Assembly (NCBI GenBank): GCA_963833095.1
Contig: CAWHWQ010000002.1
Coordinates: forward strand, 128,001-192,000
Direction: 5' to 3'
Source of the DNA: Vulcanimicrobiota bacterium
Lineage (GTDB): Bacteria > Vulcanimicrobiota > Vulcanimicrobiia > Vulcanimicrobiales > Vulcanimicrobiaceae
DNA: 64,000 bases
Shown here: piece by piece, positions 1 to 10,133 of the stretch
Position numbering within the stretch: the first letter of the stretch is position 1
Layout of the letters: each line of letters starts with the position of its first letter
Notes under the pieces: generated by a model
Database searches by the model: none
What the model was told of the DNA's origin: nothing
What the model saw: the letters and a program-made list of their open reading frames with translations, nothing else
Made by a program: the position numbers and the translations under genes

Positions 1-847
1 AGAGTTTCTTCGCAATCGCTTCGAGATGTTTGGCGCGCGGGTCGCGCACGCGATACTCGCGATGCCCCATGCCCATGATCCGATTGCCTTTAGTCAGCTC
101 GTCGTGCACGAATTTCTCGGCCTTTTCGGGCGCACCGATGGCGACGAGATTCGTGTAGGTGGCGCTGGCCGCACCGCCGTGTAAATCGCCGTTGAGCGTC
201 GCGATGGCCGAGGTCACGCTTGCGTAGATGTCGGCACGGGTTGACGCGGTCACGCGCGCAGAAAAGGTCGATGCGTTGTACGAATGGTCGGCCAAGAGCA
301 CGAGATACGTGTCGACCGCGGCTTCCTCGATCTCCGAAGGCACTTTGCCGGTGCGCATATAGAGGAAGTTGGCCGCGTGCGAGAGATCGGTGCGCGGCTC
401 GATCGGATCCAGGCCGCGGCGGATGCGATCCCACGCCGCGAGGATCGTCGTCATCTTCGCGATCAGCTCGATCGCGCTGTGCACGTCGGATACGTGCTCG
501 CCGTGATTATTCACCGGTACGAAGAGCGCGAGGCCGCTCACGATCGTGCGCATCACGTCCATCGGCCACGCCGTTTTTGGAACGGACTGCATCGCTCCAA
601 GCAACGGTCCGGGCAGCGCGTGGCGCGAGGCAAGCTCCGATTTAAAAGCCGCAAGTTCCGTCGCGTTGGGTAAGTGACCGAAGAGCAGCAGGTGCGAGAC
701 TTCTTCGAAGCTGGCGTTGGGCGCCAGGTCGTCGATATCGTAGCCGCGGTAGGTCAGACGTCCAATCTGGCCTTCAACATTACTCAGAACCGTCGATCCA
801 ACGACGACGCCCTCAAGCCCGCGATCGACAACCAAACCTGTAGACAT
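1..847 (-). CDS. gltA: Citrate synthase (citrate/2-methylcitrate synthase family), partial: runs off the window start
   Basis: Manual translation (not in ORF track): MSTGLVVDRGLEGVVVG..GRLTYRGYDI..LLADHSYNASTFSARV..GDLHGGA..RIMGMGHREYRVRDPRA, canonical citrate synthase motifs. Confidence 0.93.
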   Translation of the reverse strand, partial: MSTGLVVDRGLEGVVVGSTVLSNVEGQIGRLTYRGYDIDDLAPNASFEEVSHLLLFGHLPNATELAAFKSELASRHALPGPLLGAMQSVPKTAWPMDVMRTIVSGLALFVPVNNHGEHVSDVHSAIELIAKMTTILAAWDRIRRGLDPIEPRTDLSHAANFLYMRTGKVPSEIEEAAVDTYLVLLADHSYNASTFSARVTASTRADIYASVTSAIATLNGDLHGGAASATYTNLVAIGAPEKAEKFVHDELTKGNRIMGMGHREYRVRDPRAKHLEAIAKKL

Positions 848-913
848 AGTAGGGGGGATTTTGAGGGGGCGGGCACCCCCGCCTGCCGACATTTGTCGCT
901 CGAGAACGAGCCC

Positions 914-2230
914 TTACGCGAGGTTGACGCGCTTGCCGCCCAGCAGCGTGAGCGCCGGCGCCTTTTCCATAAGCGACATGTCGCGCGTCGGATCGCCGTT
1001 GAAGGCGACGACGTCGGCCCGCTTTCCCGGCGCGAGCTTGCCGCGGTCGCTGACGCCGATCAACTCGGCCGCGCCCGATGTCGCGGAACGAAGCACGTCG
1101 GTTGGGCGCATGCCCATGTGCACGAGCAATGCGAAATCCTTGTTGTTTTCCTGATGCGGGAAGACGCCGGCATCGGTACCGTAGACGATGGTCACGCTCG
1201 ATGCGACCGCGCGCAGCATCCCCTCGTTGCGCACCGTCGCGGCATACTCGGCCTTTTGCACCGAACCCGGCGGAATGTGCATCGGGTTGCCCGGCTGCAG
1301 AATCGAGTCGAGCGCCCAGATCGTCGGCACTAACGCCGTGCCGCGCTGCTGCATGTTCTTCAAGGTTGCTTCGCTCACACCGGTGCAGTGTTCAACGGAA
1401 TGCACGCCGCCTTCGACCGCGATCGAAATGCCTTTGTCGCCGTGACAGTGCGCCGCAACTTTGCGATTAAATTTGGTTGATTCGTCGACCACCGCTTGAA
1501 TCTCGTCGAGATTCATCTGCGGAATGTCCCACACGTCGCCGTAGCTGAGCACGCCGCCGGTCGCAAGAATTTTCACCAGATCCGTGTGACGCTTGACGTG
1601 TTCACGCACCACTTCGCGGAAGCCGTACGGTCCATAGGATACGGCGCTTTCGATCGTCGTCTCTTCGGTGACGAAGTCGGGCATATCGTTGGTATCACCG
1701 TGGCCGCCGGTAATTGAAAGCGCCGGCCCCGCCGCGAAGATCTGCGGACCCGAGTAGACGCCTTCGTTGATCGCGTCGCGCACGGCGAGATCGATGCCCC
1801 AGCCGCCACCGACGTCGCGCAGCGTGGTAAACCCGTTGGCCAACATCTTCTGTGCGTTGTGCATGCCGTAGATCGCGGCTTCGCCGACGTTGTCTTCGGC
1901 GCGTCCCGGGCTTACCAAATAGTGCGAGGTGACGATGAACGGTGCGACGTGCGTGTGGCAGTCGATCAAACCTGGCATCAAGGTAGCATCGCCAAGATCG
2001 ATCACGTGCGCATCGGCGCCGGCATCGCCGGCACTCATCGACACGATGCGATCGCCCTTGATCACCACCAGGCCCGGCGTACGCATCGTCACGCCGTCGA
2101 ACATCCGCGCCGATTTGAGCACGGTCACATCGTTCGCCGCCGCGCGCGCGCGCCACGGAATCAGCGTCGCCGCAGTTGCTGCGGCCGCGCCGGCGATAAA
2201 CGCGCGGCGGCCAAGCGACAACTTCGCCAT
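914..2230 (-). CDS. Tat-exported metal-dependent amidohydrolase (Xaa-Pro dipeptidase-like)
   Basis: GRRAFI twin-Arg signal; PGLIDCHTH, GFTTLRDVGG, AAHCHG, SVEH, YGTDAG, GKRADVVA motifs; start placed at ATG 2230. Confidence 0.88.
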   Translation of the reverse strand: MAKLSLGRRAFIAGAAAATAATLIPWRARAAANDVTVLKSARMFDGVTMRTPGLVVIKGDRIVSMSAGDAGADAHVIDLGDATLMPGLIDCHTHVAPFIVTSHYLVSPGRAEDNVGEAAIYGMHNAQKMLANGFTTLRDVGGGWGIDLAVRDAINEGVYSGPQIFAAGPALSITGGHGDTNDMPDFVTEETTIESAVSYGPYGFREVVREHVKRHTDLVKILATGGVLSYGDVWDIPQMNLDEIQAVVDESTKFNRKVAAHCHGDKGISIAVEGGVHSVEHCTGVSEATLKNMQQRGTALVPTIWALDSILQPGNPMHIPPGSVQKAEYAATVRNEGMLRAVASSVTIVYGTDAGVFPHQENNKDFALLVHMGMRPTDVLRSATSGAAELIGVSDRGKLAPGKRADVVAFNGDPTRDMSLMEKAPALTLLGGKRVNLA

Positions 2231-2290
2231 GTCAAAGGCGCGTTGAGAAAATCCGCTATGCGGGCAACGGCAATCGAAGTGTTCCATCAG

Positions 2291-3226
2291 TTACGCAACA
2301 TCTCTCACGTCGCGACGCGCGAGCGCATACCCCACGAGCCGATCGACTAACGCTTCATAGGAAATTCCCACGGCCGCACACGCGTCGGGCACGAGGCTCG
2401 TTGCGGTAAGGCCGGGTAAGGTATTTATCTCCAAAATCTGTGGGCGGCCCTCTTTGGTCACGATGAAATCGGTGCGCGAGTAATCGCGCAGCCCAAGCAG
2501 ACGGTGTACCGACAACGCAATCATCTGCAACCGCGCGGCGAGATCTTCGTCGATCCGCGCCGGCACGATGTGCGTGCTGCCGCCGGGCGCATATTTTGCA
2601 TCGAAGGTATAGAATTCATCGGCGTTTGGAATGATTTCGATAACCGGAAGCGCTTCTTCGCCCAGAATCGCGACGGTGAACTCGCGTCCGTCCAAATATT
2701 CCTCAGCCATGATCTGCGAATACGTCTTGGCTGCCGCAAGCATGGCACTGGTCCACTGTTCGTGCGTTTTCACGATCGCAACGCCGAGCGCGCTTCCTTC
2801 AAAGCGCGGCTTGATCACCAGCGGCAGATCCAGCGAGCCGGGCAAGAGCGGCAGCGTGCCGCCCGAGAGATCGAAGACGTCCCACGCCGCCGTCGGGAGG
2901 CCTTCGGCGGCGAGCAGCTTCTTGGTGAGATGCTTATCCATCGCAAGCGCCGCGGCTTCCACGCCGCTGCCGGTGTACGGAATGCCCAAGAAATCGAGCA
3001 GCGCCTGCACGTGTCCGTCTTCGCCGCCCGGTCCGTGCAACGCGTTGAAGACCACGTCGGGCGCAATCTCGCGAATCGCATCGAGAAAGCGTTGATCGTA
3101 ATCGAGCGATTGCGCGTCATAGCCGAGCGCTTGAAGCGCGCGCATGACGCCGGACCCGGTGCGAATCGAGATCTCGCGTTCCGCGCTCGATCCACCCATA
3201 ACGACTGCTACTCTAGCGTTCTTCAT
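2291..3226 (-). CDS. ddl: D-alanine--D-alanine ligase
   Basis: VMGGSSAEREIS, ALHGPGGEDG, GIPYTGS, MDKHLTK, LEINTLPG motifs; last dcw gene. Confidence 0.96.
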   Translation of the reverse strand: MKNARVAVVMGGSSAEREISIRTGSGVMRALQALGYDAQSLDYDQRFLDAIREIAPDVVFNALHGPGGEDGHVQALLDFLGIPYTGSGVEAAALAMDKHLTKKLLAAEGLPTAAWDVFDLSGGTLPLLPGSLDLPLVIKPRFEGSALGVAIVKTHEQWTSAMLAAAKTYSQIMAEEYLDGREFTVAILGEEALPVIEIIPNADEFYTFDAKYAPGGSTHIVPARIDEDLAARLQMIALSVHRLLGLRDYSRTDFIVTKEGRPQILEINTLPGLTATSLVPDACAAVGISYEALVDRLVGYALARRDVRDVA

Positions 3227-4172
3227 CGATAAATACACCGACCAAGTGAACTTCCAATTGCAATTCCACGCCGAATTTCTCGAACACCGATCGGCGAACG
3301 CGAGCCAGGAGCGTCGCGACGTCCTTGGCGCTGGCCCCTCCGACGTTATTGATGAAGTTGGCGTGGAGCGTGGAGACTTCCGCGCCACCGGCCCGCCATC
3401 CCTTAGCCCCGGCCGCTTCGATTAGGCGCGCGGCCTTATCGCCGGGCGGATTGCGAAAACAGGAGCCGGCGTTAGGCAGCGCAACCGGTTGTGTGCTCTT
3501 GCGGCGAACCAAGCGCGCCTGCATCTCTTCGCGTACGTCCTTAGGATCGCCGCGCTCGAACGTCAGGTGCACGCGCGCGACGATCGCATCGCGCGCCAGC
3601 GTGGTCTGCCGGTAGTAGTACTGTACGGCAATCGCATGCGGCTTGGGCTTGGCCGGACTTTGCACCAGAATCTCACTGACGAACTCGCCCATCTCGCGAT
3701 CGGTCCCGGCGTTCATGCGCAGCGATCCGCCGACCGTTCCGGGGATACCGGCAAGCGAGCCGATCCCGATCGCGCCGAGCGACGCCGCGCGCGCCGTCAC
3801 CGTTTCCATCTTCGCGGAAGCACCGGCGTCCACGAAAACGCGTTCGCCTTCGATCCGCGCTTCAACCGACGTAAACGCGCCGCCCAAGCGCAGCACGATG
3901 CCGCGCAACCCGCCGTCACCTACCAGCACGTTGCTGCCGCTGCCGAGCACAAACCACGGCAGTTTGCGTTTGAAACACAACGCCATGACCGCGGCGACTT
4001 CATCTTCGCGCTCGGCGGTGGCAAATGCGTCGGCGGGTCCGCCGACTTTCCACGAGGTATACGGCGCGAGCGGCTCATCGAAGCGTACGCGATCGCCGAA
4101 CGTCTCGAGCAGCGCCGCCCGATCTTCAATCGTGAGCAGCGACGCGATCGCGAGATCGTTCGTGAGGCTCAC
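3213..4172 (-). CDS. murB: UDP-N-acetylmuramate dehydrogenase
   Basis: TSWKVGGPA, LGSGSNVL, GIPGTVGG..MNAG, NAGSCFRNP, HANFI; GTG start overlaps murC stop. Confidence 0.95.
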   Translation of the reverse strand: MSLTNDLAIASLLTIEDRAALLETFGDRVRFDEPLAPYTSWKVGGPADAFATAEREDEVAAVMALCFKRKLPWFVLGSGSNVLVGDGGLRGIVLRLGGAFTSVEARIEGERVFVDAGASAKMETVTARAASLGAIGIGSLAGIPGTVGGSLRMNAGTDREMGEFVSEILVQSPAKPKPHAIAVQYYYRQTTLARDAIVARVHLTFERGDPKDVREEMQARLVRRKSTQPVALPNAGSCFRNPPGDKAARLIEAAGAKGWRAGGAEVSTLHANFINNVGGASAKDVATLLARVRRSVFEKFGVELQLEVHLVGVFIDEER

Positions 4173-5569
4173 GAAACTTTGATGTCGGCCTGGTTCGCGC
4201 GTTGGGCGAGGCGGGCCGCGACCTCGGTGATGTTGCCGGCGCCGAGCATCAGCACCAGCGCTCCGCGCGGCGCTTCCTCGAAAAGGCGGTCTTCCAACTC
4301 GTCGACCCGCGTCACGTAGGTAACGCGCGCACCCAACGCGGCGAGCGGTTCGCCGATCGAGCGCTCCGACACGCCGGGAATCGGCGGTTCGGACGCGGCG
4401 TAGATCGGCGCGAGATAGACGCGATCGGCGCCCTTGAGCGAATCGGCAAAATCGCGCGCGAGATACGCGGTTCGCGAGTAACGGTGCGGCTGAAATGCCA
4501 CGATCACCGGGCCGCGGTGATACTGCCGCGCAGCGGCGATGGTGGCACGGATGGCCGTCGGATGATGCGCGTAGTCGTCGACGAGCACCATGCGATCGGT
4601 GCGCACGAGGATATCGAAACGCCGGCGCACACCGCGAAACGCGCTCAGTCCCTGCGCGATGCGCGCAAACGGAATCTCGAGCTCGCGCGCGGTGGCAATT
4701 GCGGCCAGCGCATTCTGCACGTTGATTGCGCCAGGCACGTTGAGTTCTATCGTTCCTAGGCACACGTCGCCAACGATGACGTCGAACGACATCCCGAGGC
4801 CCTGCGAGCGCACGTTACCGGCGCGCACGCCGGCACGCGGACCGAATCCGAAGGACACCGTGCGCACACGGCGCTCGCGTTCGACCAACGAGGCGGCGAG
4901 CGGATCGTCGACGCCGACGATCGCACAACCGTCCTCGGGCAGCTTGCGCAGAAATTCTTCAAAGGCGCGCACGAGCTGGGGCAGTTCGTCGTCGCTCTGC
5001 AGATGATCGTTCTCGATGTTGGTAACGATCGCGATCTTGGGATCGAGCAACGCAAACGAGCCGTCGGACTCGTCGGCTTCGGTCACAAACCAGGGCGAGC
5101 GGCCGTCGCACGCGTTGGTCCCAAGCGAACCGTCGATACCGCCGAGCACGAGGCTCGCATCGATATCGCCCGCCCGAAGGACCGCTGCGATCATCGCCGT
5201 CGTGGTCGTTTTGCCGTGCGTTCCGCAGATCGCAATGCCGCTGCGATTGCGCAGCAGCTCGGCCAGCATCTCACCACGATGCAGCAGCGGAATGTTGCGC
5301 CGTTGCGCCGCCACATACTCTGGGTTGCGCCGATCGATCGCCGAGCTGACGATCACGGTGTGCGCGCGATCGAGGTTGGCGGCGTCGTGTCCGATCGTTA
5401 CCTCGGCGCCTTCTTCGCGCAAGCGCGCGATCAACACGGTTTCTTTGACGTCGGAGCCCGAAACGCACTGGCCGCGCGCAAGCAAAATCCGCGCGATCGC
5501 GCTCATGCCGATCCCGCCGATGCCCACGAAATGCCAGGTTTTTGCGCCTTGCTCGCTTACCGAGGTCAC
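4169..5569 (-). CDS. murC: UDP-N-acetylmuramate--L-alanine ligase
   Basis: HFVGIGGIGMS, GTHGKTTTT, EADESD, DDYAHHPT, FQPHRYSRT. Confidence 0.97.
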   Translation of the reverse strand: MTSVSEQGAKTWHFVGIGGIGMSAIARILLARGQCVSGSDVKETVLIARLREEGAEVTIGHDAANLDRAHTVIVSSAIDRRNPEYVAAQRRNIPLLHRGEMLAELLRNRSGIAICGTHGKTTTTAMIAAVLRAGDIDASLVLGGIDGSLGTNACDGRSPWFVTEADESDGSFALLDPKIAIVTNIENDHLQSDDELPQLVRAFEEFLRKLPEDGCAIVGVDDPLAASLVERERRVRTVSFGFGPRAGVRAGNVRSQGLGMSFDVIVGDVCLGTIELNVPGAINVQNALAAIATARELEIPFARIAQGLSAFRGVRRRFDILVRTDRMVLVDDYAHHPTAIRATIAAARQYHRGPVIVAFQPHRYSRTAYLARDFADSLKGADRVYLAPIYAASEPPIPGVSERSIGEPLAALGARVTYVTRVDELEDRLFEEAPRGALVLMLGAGNITEVAARLAQRANQADIKVS

Positions 5570-6663
5570 ATGCGATTCTTCCGCGTCGTAAGCGCATCGA
5601 CCCGGGCGAGAATTGTCGTAACGGGATCGATTGTGCGAGCGCGCTCGGCTGCTGCGCGCAGATCCGCGAGACGACTGGGCTGCGTCACCTCGGCCAGAAT
5701 CCCGCGTAGCTTGCCGGCGATCAGCTCGCGATCGTCAACCACCACGGCCGCGCCCGCTCGCGCGACGGTGGCCGCGTTGGCGCGCTGGTGATCCTCGGCC
5801 GCGAACGGGTAGGGCACGAGAATCGCCGGGCGACCGGTGGCCGCCAGCTCGCCCAGCGTCGAGGCGCCCGCGCGCGCGAGCACCAGATCCGCCGCCGCAT
5901 AGGCGTCCCCCACATCGTTTAGATAAGCGCGAAGGGCGCCGCCGTTGTCACCCTGCGTGTGCCGGAGGGCTGCCTTCACTCGGTCGTACTCGTTTTCGCC
6001 GGTCACGTGGATCAGTTGCCAGCCTTCGGGCAAGCCGTCACTCTGGAGCAACGAGGTCAACGCGTCGTTGATCGAACGCGCTCCTTGGCTGCCGCCCATG
6101 GCAAGCAGCGTATTGCGTTTCGACGAGAGTCCCAAGCGCTCGATTGCCGCATCGCGTGACGGTAAGGTGCGTAGCGAGGCGCGCACCGGAATGCCGGTCT
6201 GCACGTACTTGCCGGCAAACCGCGGATCACCGCCGGGGAACGCGCCCCACACTTCGTCGACCAGCGGCGCCAGCAGCCGGTTGGTGAGGCCCGGACGCGC
6301 ATTGGGTTCGAGCAACGCGATCTTGGCGTGGATGCGTTTGAATTGACGCAGGATGCGCGCGGCAAGCACGACCGGCAGCGCGACATAGCCTCCAGTTGCG
6401 ATCACGATGTCGGGCTTGAGGCGGGGCAGCACGTTCAGCGCTTGAACGATGCCGGCGAGATTGACGTAGGCGCGTTTCGCGGGCGCACTCTTTACCGTGA
6501 TCAGCGGATAGCCGGCGTTCGGCACGATGGTTGCTTCAAGGCGATCGGCCGCACCGATGAAGGTGACGTTGGCGCGTTCGCCCAGCGCCTGCGCGATCGC
6601 TATGGCCGGATAGAGATGACCGCCGGTGCCGCCGCCGGTAAAGACGACGTTTAATCGATCCAT
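5566..6663 (-). CDS. murG: Undecaprenyl-PP-MurNAc-pentapeptide GlcNAc transferase
   Basis: GGGTGGHLYPA, TGGYV, GGSQGA, RAGASTLGE, HQRANA. Confidence 0.96.
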   Translation of the reverse strand: MDRLNVVFTGGGTGGHLYPAIAIAQALGERANVTFIGAADRLEATIVPNAGYPLITVKSAPAKRAYVNLAGIVQALNVLPRLKPDIVIATGGYVALPVVLAARILRQFKRIHAKIALLEPNARPGLTNRLLAPLVDEVWGAFPGGDPRFAGKYVQTGIPVRASLRTLPSRDAAIERLGLSSKRNTLLAMGGSQGARSINDALTSLLQSDGLPEGWQLIHVTGENEYDRVKAALRHTQGDNGGALRAYLNDVGDAYAAADLVLARAGASTLGELAATGRPAILVPYPFAAEDHQRANAATVARAGAAVVVDDRELIAGKLRGILAEVTQPSRLADLRAAAERARTIDPVTTILARVDALTTRKNRM

Positions 6664-7601
6664 TCGATGTCTCGCGCGTGGCCGGTGCTCGAGGCAATCA
6701 GTTGCTCATTGCCGCCCGGCCAGACGCGCAAACGCGTTTGGTAGCGGCGCGTCGGGTGATCGAATTCCATGCGCAGCCAGGCAAACGGACTTTGCCCAGT
6801 GGCTTGCTCCCCGATTGCTTGGATGGTTCCGGAAAGCCGCGCGCGATCGTCTTTCGAAAGGTGATCCGCCACCACCGACTGCATCACGACGGTCGCATAG
6901 CCGGTTTTCGGTTCGACACGATGCGACAGCCATTCAAACATATCGGCTTGTTCGACCACGAGCGGGAGGTTGCGCGCGGCGTCAATTGCCTCGTGAAGCC
7001 GCGCGATGCGTTCGGCGTCGTCAGCCCACACGAACGAGAGCAAGCGCAGCCGATCTTTTTCGTCGTTGATATCGAGCGGGTGCAGATCGCACGCCGCGCG
7101 TTCTGCGATAACGCCATCCTCGCCGCACAGGCGCGTGTTCAGTCCCGCGCTTGCACCAATTTCGAATAGCCGCAAAGGCAGACCGGTGTTTCGTGCAAAG
7201 GCCGAGAGCCCGGCGGACAGCACGGTCCCGCGCAGGACCTCATTCGTCTGCGGCGTCTCGTCGAAGAGCTCGCCGATGCGCTCCTCGCGCGAGGCGAGCA
7301 GTTCTTGCGCGAGTTCCCAAATTGCCTCGGCATCGCCGTCGCCGCCGCACGACGGAAACCGAGCTGCCAACTCCGGCGATTCGCCGCTGAGCGCGAGAAA
7401 GTGCAGCGCGCCCATTAGGCGCACGCCCGGCGTCGACGCCGCCGCGCGCGACGGCACGTCGGTAAAGAAGTCGTGAACGACACCGCGCGCGCGGTAGTCG
7501 TCCAGCGCGAGTTGCGCGACCCGCGCATAGAGCGGGGAGCCCATGACGGCGAACGCTTCGATTTGCTGTTCGAAGCGCCGTACGACCGGATCGGCGATCA
7601 C
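6651..7601 (-). CDS. DUF2332-family protein (SAM-methyltransferase-like motif), inserted between ftsW and murG
   Basis: SPLYARV, RLMGALH, PQTNEV.R, LFEIGASAGLN, CDLHPLD, LLSFVWAD..ERIARL; GTG start overlaps ftsW stop. Confidence 0.8.
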   Translation of the reverse strand: MIADPVVRRFEQQIEAFAVMGSPLYARVAQLALDDYRARGVVHDFFTDVPSRAAASTPGVRLMGALHFLALSGESPELAARFPSCGGDGDAEAIWELAQELLASREERIGELFDETPQTNEVLRGTVLSAGLSAFARNTGLPLRLFEIGASAGLNTRLCGEDGVIAERAACDLHPLDINDEKDRLRLLSFVWADDAERIARLHEAIDAARNLPLVVEQADMFEWLSHRVEPKTGYATVVMQSVVADHLSKDDRARLSGTIQAIGEQATGQSPFAWLRMEFDHPTRRYQTRLRVWPGGNEQLIASSTGHARDIEWID

Positions 7602-8746
7602 GTTTGCGCGAGGCGCTGTCCGCGACCGACGTTTGCGATCAGGGCGACCGCTACGAGGTTGACGATCAACGAGCTGCCGCCGAACGAAATGAACGGCAAC
7701 GGCACACCGGTGACCGGCCACGACGACGTCACGACGCCGATATTGACGAAGGCTTGAATCACCACGATCGACACGCAGCCGATCACCAAAAAGAAGCCGA
7801 ACCGATCCGGCGCCGCGATCGCGATCTTGATTGCGCGATAGCCGAACACGATGAAGAGCACGACGACTGCAAGCGCGCCGACCAGGCCCAGTTCTTCGCC
7901 CAGAATCGAAAAAATGAAATCGGTATATTGTTCGGGCAAATAAAAGAACTTCGCGCGCGAGTCGCCCAGGCCGACGCCGAAGAGGCCGCCGCTTCCAAGC
8001 GCCAACAGCGATTGCACGATGTGGAAGCCCGCGTTTTGCGGATCTTTCCACGGATTCAAGAAGGCAAAGACACGCGCACGCTTGTACGGGCTTGCCAGCA
8101 CTTCCACGATCACCGCCGGCGTGGTGGCAAGCAAGATCACGAAGAGGTGCGTGAGTCGCGCGCCTGCGGCAAAGAACATTGCGAAAGCGATCATCACCAG
8201 CAGGCTGGCGGTGCCCATGTCGGGTTCTTTGAGCACGAGTACGGCCATCAGCACAACCGGAATGCACAGCGGGAACAGGCCCCGGACCAGCGAGACGATG
8301 CGCTCGCCGCGCGAGGCCAGCATCGCTGCGAGATAGATCACCAGCGAGAGCTTGGCGAACTCCGACGGCTGAAACGAAAATGACGATGCGCCGACCCAGC
8401 GGCGCGCGCCGTTGACCGTGACGCCGACGTGCGGCACCAGCACCAGCACCAGCGAGATGAACGTTGCGACCAGCAAATACGGCGCCCAGCGTTTGAGCTG
8501 ATGGTAATCGAGTTTGTAAGCGCCAAAGGCTACGATCAACCCGACCACCAGCCACACCAGTTGTCGTTTGGCGTAGTAGGCGACGTCGTGATGTTCCAGA
8601 TACGCCGTCGCACTCGAGGCCGAAAAAATCATTACCAGACCAATGCCGACCAGCGACGCCACAGCAAAAAACAGTAGCGTGTCGGGCGGCGCAGCCGCGT
8701 ACGATCGGCGCGGATTCGTGCTCGCGCGGGCGTTCGCGTTAAGCAC
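7598..8746 (-). CDS. ftsW: Peptidoglycan glycosyltransferase FtsW (SEDS)
   Basis: NGARRW, FQPSEFAK, EPDMGT, LPEQYTDFIF..EELG, PVTGVPLPFISFGGSS; start uncertain (GTG 8746). Confidence 0.95.
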   Translation of the reverse strand: MLNANARASTNPRRSYAAAPPDTLLFFAVASLVGIGLVMIFSASSATAYLEHHDVAYYAKRQLVWLVVGLIVAFGAYKLDYHQLKRWAPYLLVATFISLVLVLVPHVGVTVNGARRWVGASSFSFQPSEFAKLSLVIYLAAMLASRGERIVSLVRGLFPLCIPVVLMAVLVLKEPDMGTASLLVMIAFAMFFAAGARLTHLFVILLATTPAVIVEVLASPYKRARVFAFLNPWKDPQNAGFHIVQSLLALGSGGLFGVGLGDSRAKFFYLPEQYTDFIFSILGEELGLVGALAVVVLFIVFGYRAIKIAIAAPDRFGFFLVIGCVSIVVIQAFVNIGVVTSSWPVTGVPLPFISFGGSSLIVNLVAVALIANVGRGQRLAQT

Positions 8747-10133
8747 CAGCCGGCGCTCGCATAGCCTGCACGGCCGCGGTAAACTGTTCGCCGCGATCTT
8801 CGGCCGAACGGAACATATCGAACGACGCGCAGCCCGGAGAGAGCAGCACCGCGTCGCCCGGCACCGCAAGCTCGCGTGCCTTCTGCACGGCGTCGATCAT
8901 CGAGTCCGCGTGCACGATCTCGATGCCCAATGCGTGGGCTGCGATTTGGTCGGCCGCTTCGCCCATAACCACCAGCGCCTTAGCGCGTTGGCGAATCGCG
9001 ACGCCCATTTCAACGAAATCGGTGCCCTTCGAGCGCCCGCCCGCAATGAGCACGATCGGCCGCGCGTAGGCATGCAGCGCGGCTACCACGGAACCAGGAT
9101 TGGTCGACTTGGAATCGTCGACGTAGAGCACGCCGTCGATTTCGCCCGCGCTCTCGAGGCGATGCGGCATCGCGCGGAAACTCATCACCGCTTCGCGCAG
9201 CGCGGCGGTCTCGCACCCGACGACGTACGCTGCCAACAGCGCAGCCATCACGTTCTGCACGTTGTGCGCGCCGGCGAGCGGAATCTCGTCTTTGCGCATC
9301 ACTTTGACCGGGCGTGGATCGCCGCTGATCGGCGCGTAGACGATATCGTCGCCGTGCACGTAGATCGTCGCGTTGTCGTGGCGATCGGCGAGAGTGAACC
9401 AAAGCTGACGCGAGCGGATGTTGCGTTCGCTGGTGCTGACGTCGAGCGAGGTCACGCGCCCGTCGTCGAGGTTGCCCACGAAGAAATCGCCGAATGATTG
9501 ATTGGCGAAGATGCGGTACTTGGCTTCCGCGTACTCGTCCATCGAATGATAGCGATCCAGATGATCCGGCGCGACGTTGAGGAGCACGGCGACGCGTGGT
9601 TTGAACGCGCGAATCGTCTCGAGCTGGAAGGAGGAGACTTCAGCCACCACCCAATCAGTGGTGCGCGCGTCGATCACTTCGTCGATCAGCGGGTTGCCGA
9701 TGTTGCCGCCCACGCGCACGCCGCGTCCGCTGCAGCGCAGCATATGCCCGATCAATGCGGTGGTGGTCGATTTGCCTTTGGTGCCGGTGACGGCGATGAC
9801 CGGCGCCTTGCACAACCGGAAGGCGACTTCAATCTCGCCCAGCACCGGTACTGCGTGGTTTTGCACCGCGATCACTACCGCCGAGTTGAGCGGGACGCCG
9901 GGCGAGAGCACCGCCGACGTGAGCCCGCCGACGATCGGTTCGAGTTGATCCGGTGCGATGAAACGCGCGCCGGTCGCCTCGACGATATCGATCGCGTCTT
10001 GCAGCTCGCTCGCCGGCTTTTCGTCGGTAGCATAGACGGTCGCTCCGCGCGAACGCAACACGCGCACGCAGGCAAGGCCACTTTTACCGAGGCCAATGAC
10101 GAGAATCGTCTCGCGCGCATCAAAGGTCATCAT
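8739..10133 (-). CDS. murD: UDP-MurNAc-L-Ala--D-glutamate ligase
   Basis: GLGKSG, SPGVP, GTKGKSTTT, GGNIG, EVSSFQL, DHLDRY, DDSKSTN, LSPGCASFD. Confidence 0.96.
   Translation of the reverse strand: MMTFDARETILVIGLGKSGLACVRVLRSRGATVYATDEKPASELQDAIDIVEATGARFIAPDQLEPIVGGLTSAVLSPGVPLNSAVVIAVQNHAVPVLGEIEVAFRLCKAPVIAVTGTKGKSTTTALIGHMLRCSGRGVRVGGNIGNPLIDEVIDARTTDWVVAEVSSFQLETIRAFKPRVAVLLNVAPDHLDRYHSMDEYAEAKYRIFANQSFGDFFVGNLDDGRVTSLDVSTSERNIRSRQLWFTLADRHDNATIYVHGDDIVYAPISGDPRPVKVMRKDEIPLAGAHNVQNVMAALLAAYVVGCETAALREAVMSFRAMPHRLESAGEIDGVLYVDDSKSTNPGSVVAALHAYARPIVLIAGGRSKGTDFVEMGVAIRQRAKALVVMGEAADQIAAHALGIEIVHADSMIDAVQKARELAVPGDAVLLSPGCASFDMFRSAEDRGEQFTAAVQAMRAPAGA

Noticed and set aside
3213..4763. 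516-aa MurB with an N-terminal extension
   Set aside because: The extension overlaps murC in another frame; GTG 4172 overlapping the murC stop fits better
6651..8555. 634-aa ORF suggesting a long protein overlapping ftsW
   Set aside because: The upstream half is an off-frame read-through of ftsW; the credible start is GTG 7601
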